Notes: a model not told the origin generated them from the sequence alone. Counted from the first letter of the stretch, positions 24,201 to 36,337 are shown. The stretch is DNA of 40,120 nucleotides from Nemertoderma westbladi (GCA_032718475.1 JAUCBJ010003806.1:1-40120); one strand, 5' to 3'. Program-made: numbers and translations.

Positions 24201-27084
24201 TAGACGTAGCCAATAAGTTGTAGACGTAGCCAATAGGCTTCTCAGCTGTAGACGTAGCCAATAAGTTGTAGACGTAGCCAATAGGCTTCTCAGCTGTAGA
24301 CGTAGCCAATAAGTTGTAGACGTAGCCAATAGGCTTCTCAGCTGTAGACGTAGCCAATAAGTTGTAGACGTAGCCAATAGGCTTCTCAGCTGTAGACGTA
24401 GCCTATAAGTTGTAGACGTAGCCAATAGGCTTCTCAGCTGTAGACGTAGCCAATAAGTTGTAGACGTAGCCAATAGGCTTCTCAGCTGTAGACGTAGCCA
24501 ATAAGTTGTAGACGTAGCCAATAGGCTTCTCAGCTGTAGACGTAGCCAATAGGCTTCTCAGTTGTAGACGTAGCCAATAAGTTGTAGACGTAGCCAATAG
24601 GCTTCTCAGCTGTAGACGTAGCCAATAAGTTGTAGACGTAGCCAATAGGCTTTCTCAGCTGTAGACGTAGCCAATAGGCTTCTCAGTTGTAGACGTAGCC
24701 AATAAGTTGTAGACGTAGCCAATAGGCTTCTCAGCTGTAGACTTAGCCAATAAGTTGTAGACGTAGCCAATAGGCTTCTCAGCTGTAGACGTAGCCAATA
24801 AGTTGTAGACGTAGCCAATAGGCTTCTCAGCTGTAGACGTAGCCAATAAGTTGTAGACGTAGCCAATAGGCTTCTCAGCTGTAGACGTAGCCAATAAGTT
24901 GTAGACGTAGCCAATAGGCTTCTCAGCTGTAGACGTAGCCAATAAGTTGTAGACGTAGCCAATAGGCTTCTCAGCTGTAGACGTAGCCAATAAGTTGTAG
25001 ACGTAGCCAATAGGCTTCTCAGCTGTAGACGTAGCCAATAAGTTGTAGACGTAGCCAATAGGCTTCTCAGCTGTAGACGTAGCCAATAAGTTGTAGACGT
25101 AGCCAATAGGCTTCTCAGCTGTAGACGTAGCCAATAAGTTGTAGACGTAGCCAATAGGCTTCTCAGCTGTAGACGTAGCCAATATGCTTCTCAGTTGTAG
25201 ACGTAGCCAATAAGTTGTAGACGTAGCCAATAGGCTTCTCAGCTGTAGACATAGCCAATAAGTTGTAGACGTAGCCAATAGGCTTTCTCAGCTGTAGACG
25301 TAGCCAATAGGCTTCTCAGTGGTAGACGTAGCCAATAAGTTGTAGACGTAGCCAATAGGCTTCTCAGCTGTAGACGTAGCCAATAAGTTGTAGACGTAGC
25401 CAATAGGCTTCTCAGCTGTAGACGTAGCCAATAAGTTGTAGACGTAGCCAATAGGCTTCTCAACTGTAGACGTAGCCAATAAGTTGTAGACGTAGCCAAT
25501 AGGCTTCTCAGCTGTAGACGTAGCCAATAAGTTGTAGACGTAGCCAATAGGCTTCTCAGCTGTAGCCGTAGCCAATAAGTTGTAGACGTAGCCAATAGGC
25601 TTCTCAACTGTAGACGTAGCCAATAAGTTGTAGACGTAGCCAATAGGCTTCTCAGTTGTAGACGTAGCCAATAAGTTGTAGACGTAGCCAATAGGCTTCT
25701 CAGCTGTAGACGTAGCCAATAAGTTGTAGACGTAGCCAATAGGCTTCTCAGCTGTAGACGTAGCCAATAAGTTGTAGACGTAGCCAATAGGCTTCTCAAC
25801 TGTAGACGTAGCCAATAAGTTGTAGACGTAGCCAATAGGCTTCTCAGCTGTAGACGTAGCCAATAAGTTGTAGACGTAGCCAATAGGCTTCTCAGCTGTA
25901 GACGTAGCCAATAAGTTGTAGACGTAGCCAATAGGCTTCTCAACTGTAGACGTAGCCAATAAGTTGTAGACGTAGCCAATAGGCTTCTCAACTGTAGACG
26001 TAGCCAATAAGTTGTAGACGTAGCCAATAGGCTTCTCAGCTGTAGACGTAGCCAATATGCTTCTCAGTTGTAGACGTAGCCAATAAGTTGTAGACGTAGC
26101 CAATAGGCTTCTCAGCTGTAGACGTAGCCAATAAGTTGTAGACGTAGCCAATAGGCTTTCTCAGCTGTAGACGTAGCCAATAGGCTTCTCAGTTGTAGAC
26201 GTAGCCAATAAGTTGTAGACGTAGCCAATAGGCTTCTCAGCTGTAGACGTAGCCAATAAGTTGTAGACGTAGCCAATAGGCTTCTCAGCTGTAGACGTAG
26301 CCAATAAGTTGTAGACGTAGCCAATAGGCTTCTCAGCTGTAGACGTAGCCAATAGGCTTCTCAGCTGTAGACGTAGCCAATAAGTTGTAGACGTAGCCAA
26401 TAGGCTTCTCAACTGTAGACGTAGCCAATAAGTTGTAGACGTAGCCAATAGGCTTCTCAGCTGTAGACGTAGCCAATACGTTGTAGACGTAGCCAATAGG
26501 CTTCTCAGCTGTAGACGTAGCCAATAAGTTGTAGACGTAGCCAATAGGCTTTCTCAGCTGTAGACGTAGCCAATAAGCTTCTCAGCTGTAGACGTAGCCA
26601 ATAGGCTTCTCAGCTGTAGACGTAGCCAATAAGTTGTAGACGTAGCCAATAGGCTTCTCAGCTGTAGACGTAGCCAATACGTTGTAGACGTAGCCAATAG
26701 GCTTCTCAGCTGTAGACGTAGCCAATAAGTTGTAGACGTAGCCAATAGGCTTTCTCAGCTGTAGACGTAGCCAATAAGCTTCTCAGCTGTAGACGTAGCC
26801 AATAGGCTTCTCAGCTGTAGACGTAGCCAATAAGTTGTAGACGTAGCCAATAGGCTTCTCAGCTGTAGACGTAGCCAATACGTTGTAGACGTAGCCAATA
26901 GGCTTCTCAGCTGTAGACGTAGCCAATACGTTGTAGACGTAGCCAATAGGCTTCTCAGCTGTAGACGTAGCCAATAAGTTGTAGACGTAGCCAATAGGCT
27001 TCTCAGCTGTAGACGTAGCCAATAGGCTTCTCAGCTGTAGACGTAGCCAATAGGCTTCTCAGCTGTAGACGTTGCCAATAAGCC
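18248..27084. repeat. 8.8-kb satellite of related 28-bp (GGCTTCTCAGCTGTAGACGTAGCCAATA) and 20-bp (AGTTGTAGACGTAGCCAATA) monomers, with higher-order repeats
   Basis: Directly visible. A nearly pure 28-mer tract runs ~18370-18900, then 48-bp dimers punctuated by 29-bp (GGCTTTCTC) units. Confidence 0.99.
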
Positions 27085-27159
27085 AGCTGGTTTGGTGATA
27101 TTTATTACATTCGTAATATCATTAAAAATATACTGTAATTCTGAATCCACGGAAGATAC

Positions 27160-27222
27160 AAACGGTTAAAACGGATAAAACGTGTTAAACCGCTTAAAAC
27201 GGTTACGGTTTTAGTAGTGGTC
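27160..27222. mobile_element. Probable orphan DNA-transposon terminus with ~10-bp subterminal repeats
   Basis: AAACGGTTAAAACGGATAAAACGTGTTAAACCGCTTAAAACGGTTACGGTTTTAGTAGTGGTC. No matching opposite end was found in the window. Confidence 0.4.
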
Positions 27223-27514
27223 TGTATTACAGTTGGAAATTGTATTTGCAAAATAATATATTTTTCTTTAAAACGTAGACCTACTTAAGAATTTCGCAAA
27301 ATGTCGAAATTTGACATTCCGAAAAGGAAAAGGTCTCACATTGAAGTCAAGCTCGTACCTAACATACATTTAAATTTGGTTGTACTAATTGGAATTTCAG
27401 TTTATTAACTACGTCAGTCTTCTTTCAATTTACAAAAATTTTAAACCAAGCCTTATATATTTCTACACATAAATAGGGTTTAATTTCACCGTAAGTGACG
27501 GCTAAACTAAACCT

Positions 27515-28192
27515 TGGTTCTCCAAGGCCAAGCAAAATATTCCAATACTAGTTGTCAAGGAGATTGTGGCCCCGCATTCGGTATTTAATGAACCATTTCG
27601 AGAGGCTCACCAAACAGACATAATGAGGTTTAATGTTCTTCGGCAATACGGGGGTATATACTTAGATAATGACGTCATCGCTATCCAATCAGTGGATCGC
27701 TTACGTAACCTAGAGTACAGCGACAGCGTGGATCGTTCCGAAGCCAATACCAATCTGCCTCGCGCGAATTTATTTTTGCTATTCCTACAAATGGTCGTGT
27801 GAAAATAAAATAAACTGCGAGAACAGTTGGAGAGAGTTGAAAGACTATACGCTTACTTCCCGCACTTAGTGAATGTTGTGTACCACGGGTTCATCTGCCC
27901 GAAGTGGCCTCAAGGTGGCGCTCAACTGTACACGGAGTACGACTGGTTTACCGGTAGGTACCCATCCCTTCTGTGGATGAAACGATGGGATACACTGGAC
28001 GGTAACGAGAAACGCTCGCCCGCGATCATCCACTCTATCGACTCTGCTCTGGGGGATATTGTTCGTTCGATTTACCGAGTCCCTAATTTTCCAGGAGTGC
28101 GCACGATAATGCTGCGACGTAGAAGTCAACTTTCTTCACTCTATTATAGCGATGGAGATTGTGAATACCATGGACAGTGTGGTTCTGGCTGA
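27515..28192 (+). pseudogene. GT32 / Gly_transf_sug (DxD) alpha-1,4-glycosyltransferase-like pseudogene
   Basis: AHQTDIMRFNVLRQYGGIYLDNDVI is the GT32 signature. Downstream, same frame: FPHLVNV..PKW..LYTEYDW..DSALGDIVRSIY. In-frame stops TGA (27800) and TAA (27806); the segment after the DxD looks shortened; no N-terminal TM exon is evident. Confidence 0.8.
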
Positions 28193-29431
28193 CATTACGG
28201 ATAAATTCGTTTGACACTTATTTTCATAGTGTGGATACGAAAGAGGGACTCTTTGAAAAATCGAACGAAAAACCGAAACAGTATCTGACGGTTCTTCCAG
28301 GATAGATTATAGTAGGACGTCGCAGTCTTTTTTATCTACAAAGTTACAGTAGTCGGTATCTCGAATGAGGTATGGAATCCTACAACGTCATACTAATATG
28401 TTTCAAGTTAAACAACAGAAGATTGCTGATCTGGTATATACTGTAGCATCGACAACAATCGGCTACAATTAAATATTGGTTATTTTCAAACAATAACCAA
28501 ACCTCTCGAAAATAGTAAGTTTACCTAAAATAATAGTCGTGCCTTTAATTATGGTTTTAAATTAAATATTAATTAATTGTTGAGAAACTCTCTGACCAGC
28601 ACTGCTTATCGCTGTCAACATACACACTTAATAATTTTCTGGAATTGATAGTAGGCCCTTAGTGCGAATGTTTTTATTGTCATTAAAATAATACAGCCTG
28701 GCTACTGTACGCGGTATTTACTTACTTAGCGGTACTTATTTACCACTCAATGCATTAGTCAGCTGCATTAGTCCTACAAAGAGACAATCAAATATTAATA
28801 AGTCAATATTAAGATTATAAATAATAAATAGGTTTAAACTTTCCAGAAATGATATTAAATCGAATGTGTGAATACCGCCACTATTAAATAAAAAGTATAT
28901 TCCTTCGCATCTTGTTGCAATAACAGAACACTCCCACCATAGAAACAACATACTGTAGTTAATGTAGATACTGTACATATGGTATTGCTTTTTCTGGGGG
29001 ATTAAATACATAGATGATATTGAATATTGAAATAGTTAAAGTGTGAGGTGAGATTGATTATAAACCTTGGAAGTACGAGTCGCGACCACAATGTCTTACA
29101 GGTAACTGCCAAGAGAGATCAATGTGTTTCGTGTTAAAGGATCGCCGATAACTTCATTTATCTTTTTACCGATTATAATTTAATTTCGTAAAATCTTGTA
29201 TTTTAAGTTCCATTTGTTATTTATTACTCACAGTATTAAGCCTGCCCACACAGAATAAGTTATGGAGGTACCTACCTACAAGATACAGGTAGTTTTATAT
29301 TCTAACAAATATATATTGTAATTCTAACCTAAACAGTAAACCGGAGTCATAGGATAGATAACTGTTTCATAATCAGTTACACAATAACTAAAATAATGTG
29401 CAATTATTTATCTGACTAGATTGGACACGGG

Positions 29432-29690
29432 CGTAGCTTCCTCTGCTTTGCAGGACATTGCTTTCGCCGTGAGGACCAGCCAGTGTATATTCTTGTACTT
29501 TGGCAGCCTCATGGAGTGAATAAGCATGGTGGACAGCCCATGACTTTCTTGAGACGCATCTTAAAGGACTCTGGCCTTGAAGATGCGGATGATCTAGCAA
29601 ATGTCATGGGGGGTAGGGAGTTGTGGCGTCGCACTTTTGTCGACAAGCCGACACAGAATCCTTAATATATATGTAATATATATATAATGC
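29432..29690 (+). mobile_element. 5'-truncated RTE-clade LINE 3' end with (TA)n tail
   Basis: FAGHCFRREDQPVYILVLWQPHGVNKHGGQPMTFLRRILKDSGL..LANVMGGRELWRR, then stop at 29663-29665 followed by TATATATGTAATATATATAT. Confidence 0.8.
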
Positions 29691-30489
29691 AGCTGCAATG
29701 CAGCATGCCGATCGTAGTAGTAGTAGCTTTATTTGCGTTGCGAGCAAAGTTTTCTGCGTAGGCATATACGCTACTAAAAAGTTATTGTCGTTGAGATGTG
29801 TATTCGACTAATGATAACTGGATAACAGCACGGACAACGACGGACGACGGCCCTATTTAGTTGAAGTTATTCCCTTCAAAATGTGCCTGCTGTATTTTCT
29901 GTTATTGCAATAATATTCCCATACGATTTCCATCCTTGGAGTCAAATATTACCAAATAATTTAATTACACTGTACCATAGTCATAGATATATGAGTGGGT
30001 TTATCTACTAAGTGAACATCTGCGAAATATCCTGGTCAGTATTTTGCATATTTAAAACGTCAACGAACTACAGGTCAAGTGAAAAGAATGACAACACCAC
30101 GTGGCGTGGCCAAAAATTAATAAAAGTGGTGTGAGTAGATTGTACGGTATGCATAAACAAAACATACCGGTAAAAATTATTATTAAATTCAGTAATATAC
30201 CGCGAAGTCATATAAAGTACAATGTAGGGGATAACCATTTGATATTATAAGCAGGTGACCTTTTAACCTTATAGTAGAACGGCTTGATCCAAGTTGTAAC
30301 TCGTATGCTACTAACTGCTAATAACCTACAGACAGTATAGCTGCTAAAATTTCAGACGTCCTTAGTTCAGTAGTTCAATAGACTCCTGCTAGGGGGCTAA
30401 ATATATATAATGCTACAGGCGTCAACCTGCCAATCACCACATCCTCCGAGGATGAGTCACGGCGGTTCTACCACGCACAACTACCCTTT

Positions 30490-30795
30490 AGTGGTTAGTA
30501 GTAGACCTACAGTAGTTATGGTGTGGGGGGGGGGGGGGGGTGTTTAATGGTTAGTAGTAGACTACTACTATCACTAGTAGTAGTGATAGAGGGGGGGGGG
30601 GGGGTCGAGGGGTTTGTTGTTTGACGCGGTTAGTACTGTAGTAGTAGACGTAGTGCGATAGAGGATGGGGAGGGGGGTATTAAATGGTTAGTAGGAGACA
30701 TAGTGATAGAGGGTGAGGGGTGGGGGTTATTAACAGTTAGTAGTATAGGGGGGGGGGGGGGGGGGGGGGGGGGGTTGTTTAATTGTTAGTAGTAT
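30490..30795. repeat. Degenerate G-run minisatellite (about 6 units of GGTTAGTAGTAGAC...GATAGA-Gn)
   Basis: GGTTAGTA / GTTAGTAG recurs at ~30493, 30549, 30628, 30686, 30736 and 30785; all but the last unit are followed by G tracts. Confidence 0.75.
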
Positions 30796-30849
30796 TAAAT
30801 GTGTAACCTATATCTCATATATTGCTCTCGTCATTATTGTTTCATTTTG

Positions 30850-32100
30850 TATAAGTTAGTGTTGGTATAGTTGGTCTGTTGCCTGTAGGGGTTGACAGTA
30901 TTTGATATTGATGACTCATATTCTGAAGGACTAATAATGCTGCCCGCCGTGTGGGGAATGGAGGGGAGGAAAATTCTAAGGTCGGTTATGAGTGTTTTAT
31001 TAATGGTGTAGGAATGGGAGCATTGCGTGGTGGTTGGAAGGTCTGTAATTCGAGAGTCACTGGTGTTTGTTTATAGTCCATTAGCTGGAGTCATAAATCA
31101 ACAGTTGACATGTTTATTCGTTTTAAAAAATTTCCCATAGATGTTGTTGGTTTGTTCTTTTCAGGTTGATGCTTGGTGAATATTCAATATAACGGGGTAT
31201 AATTTTATCTCCATCAATAAAATCGCGCTTTATAAATGAGATGATAGCAAATGGTCTTTGGGTTGTTGATATCATTATAAATGTAATGAAATGGCAGTGG
31301 TGATGTGACATTGATTTTTGATGTGGTATAGTGAGATGTAATTGTAATCTGTTAATTGGGAATAAGTGCTTAGATGGATTGTTTTGTTGGGTATTTAGTA
31401 GAGATATTGTCCGTTATCATTATAGGTATAGAACCTTTATTAAATAGTAATAGTATTTATTACTAACTAATCCAATTTTATTCTGTTTTTCTGAAGTTGG
31501 GACGGTAGTTTGAGCGTTTTAGAGAAGAAAGTGGAAGATTTAGTGGAAATTTGTTAGTTGGGTAGTGCGCTATGCTGTATCTTACCCATAGGAGCCCAGC
31601 CCAACACCTACAGGGGGTATTTAAGGAATACCCTACCCTGGGTTAGATGTCTCTAGTGTTGCCACTAAAAGTTGCGGAACCCTATACCGCATGGAACTTA
31701 AAATCCCTGAAAGTAAAATTTGGTAAAATGGGATGAAAGGGCCTGAAAATATGTAAATTAATGCATTTGAAATATTTCTGAAAAATATACATGAAAAGGA
31801 AGTAAATATCAGCCATATTAATTGCCAATTTGTTCGTTAGTTTATATCATGCTAGATGAATTACAATCCCAGTATTTGTCAGATTTGTACAGTACCATTT
31901 ACCTTAATTTTTAACATGCATGAGTGAGTATGTAAGAGTATGTATTGACACTCGGCGAAATGATAGGTGAGCATTGCAATTAATTTAGTAAAAGTTTTGT
32001 ACAATATGTACAGTATTCCATGAAGTGAGATTATGACCGATATTCTCAGTGAATCATGCATTCGTCTTGCAAGCTTACCGCTTTAGTTGTATGATTCAAC
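30850..32100 (-). mobile_element. Possible highly decayed Penelope-like element fragments
   Basis: Minus strand is A/C-rich. IGHNLTSWNTVHIV../FAECQYI (32050-31920) resembles a GIY-YIG C-terminal tail, and SFIKR..KIIPRYI (31240-31185) resembles the Penelope N-terminal FLxRC..IIP motif. Many stops and frameshifts. Confidence 0.3.
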
Positions 32101-32499
32101 TTATCCTGTTTTTTTGTATTGGGTACAATCTTTCAGATAGTAGGTGTGGGTGGGTGTCGGCTGTCGGGGTAGGGTAGCGGGTTGGTGTGTGTTGATTTTA
32201 TGTTCATTTTCGTCGGAGAGCGGGAGTGGGAGAGGTGATGAGTTGGGGCAGTTCCGCGGCAATAATAATACTGCCCCTCAATAAAGAGACCCCCTTTACT
32301 GCTATCAGGGACGCGTTGTTCGACAGAGCCCCGTCAGCAAAAACAGCCAGTACCGCTAGTCGGTGGGGTTGACTTGTTGACGAGAGGCTATTTACAGGCG
32401 CATCGGTCAACCATTACTGACCGCTAGGGGGCTAAAGATATCGAATAATAATTATTACACGTCCTTCAATTTCTTTGTTTGTGTTCTTTGGGACTTTTT

Positions 32500-33674
32500 G
32501 CCGGAAGCAAATTTGTGCGACGGGGGCAGCTGCTAAAAAAGGGCACTTTTTATAATACGATAATAATATTATAAAAAAAGTTACAAAAAATTCAAATGGG
32601 ATGTATTTAATAATACTTATTAATTTATAAGTTGTCATTGTAAACATTTAAATATTGCACTAATTAAAGATAATCATTACAGCCTAAGCACCAGAATGTT
32701 TACCAAATATATAATTAAAAGGAGATTTAAAATTGAATGAATTAAGATGAACTTTTTTTATAATAGGCCTACTATAGATAATAATATTATAAATAAGAGA
32801 CAAAAATTGCAAACGTGGTGTATTAAATAGTACTTATTAATTTCAAGTCTACATTGTAGGCCTATCAGCAGATCAGCCTATTTCATATTTGTACCTAAAA
32901 ATCAATACATAAAAAACACATATAGGACTTTTAACACATACGTACATTAAAAAAAATTTTGTATGGCGGTTTAGATTATGACGCCAATATCTGAATATGA
33001 CAGTATGAAATCTAACAAGACTAACAGAACTGTTATTACATAATAACTGCATACATTATACATAACCAGCGACTTAAACAACTCTGTCCATAGTGTCCAA
33101 TCAGACCACATATTGGCCTCGCTCGCCTGTAGTGCCCTTCAATAAGATTACATCACTACATTGAGGTAGGTACGTACATATCTATTGGTATATTGAACAT
33201 AGGTGGAGTTAAAGCTGTTCCCAACTATGGACTGTACGCACAGTGCTGAACATCTGTGGTCAATTAGTCTCCCCTTGCTTCCATTGTCCAAGTCACAAGG
33301 CCATATTTACAGACTATGCTGTGGTAGAGATAGGCTGGCTTTCTATGAACTTGATTTTATATCATACAGGGAGGATGACTGGGCCGAGGTGGGCATTATT
33401 GGTAATATGGCTTAGGTTTAGATTCTTATATTTAGCTAAGTTAACCTTAATTTGGCCACCAGTGAATCCTATCTGGTCTGGCTGCTAATGTAACTTCAAC
33501 ATTTTTGCAACGATTTTACATATATTAATTGATAGTCAGTTAGTGTGGGCCGTTTCCGTTGTGTGAATTAATTCTGGAGGGGCATATTTCTGCCCCCCCC
33601 CCCCCCCCCCTGCCCCCTTGCCATAAGGACAGGGGGGGGGGACAGCAGCTGCCCCCGTGCTTCCGGCGCACCTG
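32500..33674. mobile_element. hAT-like non-autonomous element bounded by GC-rich inverted ends
   Basis: Left GCCGGAAGCA..CGGGGGCAGCTGC versus right GCAGCTGCCCCCGTGCTTCCGGCGCACCTG, which gives a CAGG terminus on the minus strand. The left end is degraded. Confidence 0.45.
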
Positions 33675-33852
33675 TTGGGACTGTCAGTACAGTCAGTTAT
33701 TGGCATATATTTACTACACTACTACAACTAACAGTAACAGTAGGCGCCTAGAGGCTGTCTCTTTGAGAGAACGCTGATCAATCTGGAGTTCACCAGACGG
33801 ACGTTAGAGGGCGGAGATATTAATATATGCATTACTGCACTTGTGTGTGTGC

Positions 33853-34268
33853 TAGTGTTTAAACGGGATCCCGATCCCGGAAAAACCGGGATCGCGGCGT
33901 AAAATGCAATCTCGGACCCAATCCCGATATTATTGGAACGGGATCCCGAAGTTTAAATAGTGAAGTAAATTTGTTGAATATCTGATAAATAGTTACAGCA
34001 GAACGGAAATGTTTTGATTATATCGGATTTTTATGTCAGTAAACCATTAGTAATCAATTGCAAAATAATTTTAATATAACTTTATCTTACTAATATTTCA
34101 GAAGTGTAAAATAAAGTGAGTATAGGGCCTACCCAAAACGCGTCTCATATACTAATAACTGTAAAAAAAAGGAAAAGGAAATTAATTCTAAAAAGGAATG
34201 TAATCCAAAATTGCAATCCCGATCCCGATCCCGGAAATCCCGAGAAGTCTGATCCAGTTTAAACACTA
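33853..34268. mobile_element. hAT-family MITE, 416 bp
   Basis: Perfect 12-bp TIR TAGTGTTTAAAC / GTTTAAACACTA; subterminal GATCCCG repeats at both ends; 8-bp flanks GTGTGTGC / CTGTGTAC match at 6 of 8, consistent with a decayed TSD. Confidence 0.85.
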
Positions 34269-34443
34269 CTGTGTACAATGTTTGTGGCGAATTTGTTCTG
34301 TCTTCTGTTTTTCCATCCGTCTGGCACCAGATTTCCCTTTCAAGCCTTTTGCTTTCTCCCGCAGACTAGAGTACTGCACACAGGGTTGAGTGCTATGTTC
34401 GCCTCCTGTGAAGAACTTTCACACCCACACTAACTTTGTCCTT

Positions 34444-34824
34444 TAATTACTAATTAAGGGAAAGGAGCAGATTACAGTGTGACATATAATACTAACCAAA
34501 ACAATAAACCGGAGTTGTAACTCAATTTTAATTCAGTTTTAACGGAATTTTACTATCGGGTGAAGATTTTTCGAGGTTGAAGTTTGCTACGTACACTACA
34601 GAGACATCAATGTCAGCACAAAGTTAACGCTAAAAACTTCACCCACGAAAAAACTCGATTAATAAAAACACAAAAAAAGAATGCTCGATAAATAGTCACA
34701 ATTGTCTACAAATGGCCTGTCTGATTATGAAACTGTATTCTGTGTTATTTACTCCAGTTTATTGTTTTGGTTAAAATTACATACATGCCACTGCAACCAG
34801 CGAGTTTTCCTTAATTGGTAATTA
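34444..34824. mobile_element. MITE with ~70-bp imperfect TIRs containing AACCAAAACAATAAAC
   Basis: Left TAATTACTAATTAAGGGAAA..CAGTG..TAACCAAAACAATAAACCGGAGT; the right end reverse-complements to TAATTACCAATTAAGGAAAA..CAGTG..TAACCAAAACAATAAACTGGAGT. Confidence 0.75.
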
Positions 34825-35133
34825 TTTGGCGAATAATTCTCATGGGCTACGATTGCACCCAACCACACAGACGCGATCCATGCTGTAGAACATTTATATG
34901 GTTTAAATTGTCCCTCGAGCGGGGCTGTGTTGAACTAAAAGTTGAACTATTTGTCTGAAAGTAATTATTAATTTTAACTTGTAATTATTAATTTATTGTA
35001 AATATACTAAATGTCGTCATGCTACAGTACTAAATCACTATAAGCAGAGAAGAATTGAAAAATGATATCTCTCTCAGTTTATAGCTTAATAATTATAGGT
35101 AAGTTAGTATTACATTACAGTACTAATTCCAGT

Positions 35134-35640
35134 GGAACTAGGACAATTGGCCCCCGGCATTGCCCCCCGAGGCAAATTCCTCCCGATACCTTATTGACAG
35201 AATATATTTTTAAATCTAGAAATCCTTTGAATGATTTCCCATGGTTTTATAAATTTAAGTTATAATATTAACCGTGATCATCACTTCTAAACTTTTAATT
35301 TTTATGTGTTTTTCAAAATATCCACGATTCTTTTCTATAGAACAATTTGAATGTCCTTAAGCTAGCTATATAGCTTTTTATATGACACAATTGAATAGCT
35401 TCAGTGCATGGTGCGTTAACATAATATTTTTATTGTAATGAAATACTTACTGTAAGTTAGGAAATATCGGAATTAATGAACAGATCAATAAGCTAACGTG
35501 AATGTTTTAAAATATAAAATTGACTTTAGACTATGAAAATGTAGCTATTTAAAAATTCGAATCTTGATTGTTTATTGGGTAAGTGTCATTGGGGCCAATT
35601 CAACTGTCTGGGGCAATTGTCCTCGGGGGCAATAGTCCGG
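35134..35640. mobile_element. Degenerate MITE related to 15067-15603 (GG-N5-GGACAATT end)
   Basis: Left GGAACTAGGACAATTGGCCCCCGG..; right GGGGCAATTGTCCTCGGGGGCAATAGTCCGG; AT-rich interior of similar length. Confidence 0.6.
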
Positions 35641-35736
35641 TGGGAGGGGGAGGGGGGGGGGGTGCCCTTTAGCAGCGTTACGGGTAATTCACCAGAACGA
35701 TGATAAGTTGACATAATTTAACAAAATGAAATTAGT

Positions 35737-36337
35737 ATGAGGCGCCGTTGGGCCACAAAAATATATCACACAACAATAAACTGGTAGTGTGTGTGCAGTT
35801 TCTCGTCAATAAACTCCCTAACACTACAACGAACTTCGTTGTAATGTGTGGAAACATTTTTGGAAAATGTTGTGGGGGGAAATTCAGATAATCAATTGCC
35901 ACTCAATCTGTCTGTTTCTCAAAATCAAACCAGTCCTACGTAAACTGAGCTCCTAGCCAAAGCCAACCATCATCGGAAGCAAGATCAAGATACGAAAATG
36001 GGGCGGAATAAAAAGGAAATTGTATGAGGCGCCGTTTGGGCTACGAAGTGCACGACCGAGGGGATTTACAAACAATATGCGCTGGCTCAGCCTTGATATG
36101 CTTATCATTGTTCCACGACTTCTGAAGGCGCCGTTTAAATAGATTTCCCCCATGTTTGGTGTCACAGCCATTATATTTTGAATGACAGCATCCAATTCTG
36201 TATCCGAAATATCTGTCTTGATAAAGGTCGTTGTAGTGTTAGGGGATGGGATGATTGGCGAGAACTGCACTGCACACTACAACTACAGTAAGTTTATTGT
36301 TGTGTGATATATTTTTGTGGCCCAAACGGCGTCTCAT
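35737..36337 (-). mobile_element. Internally deleted IS3EU-like (integrase-core type) DNA transposon with TIRs and transposase remnant
   Basis: TIR ATGAGGCGCCGTTGGGCCACAAAAATATATCACACAACAATAAAC at 35737 and its inverse ending at 36337. Minus-strand peptide ISDTELDAVIQNI..PNMGEIYLNGAFRSRG..VNPLGRALR matches the region preceding the DDE core in these transposases. Confidence 0.7.

Noticed and set aside
18826-27022. About 30 minus-strand ORFs (ATSTTYWLRLQLRSLL / ATSTAEKPIGYVYNLL)
   Set aside because: The 48-bp dimer is a multiple of 3, so two frames are open by chance. They have TTG starts and break at extra 28/29-bp units.
30410-30480. Possible self-cleaving ribozyme near CATCCTCCGAGGATGAG and around the Penelope-like region
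   Set aside because: Only a small hairpin is present. I could not build a hammerhead core (CUGANGA..GAAA with stems) or an HDV double pseudoknot by eye; an Infernal search would be needed.
33075-33490. Higher-GC stretch with short ORFs and a partial zinc-knuckle-like CGLIGHYGQSC on the minus strand
   Set aside because: Multiple stops and no coherent domain; at most decayed TE cargo.
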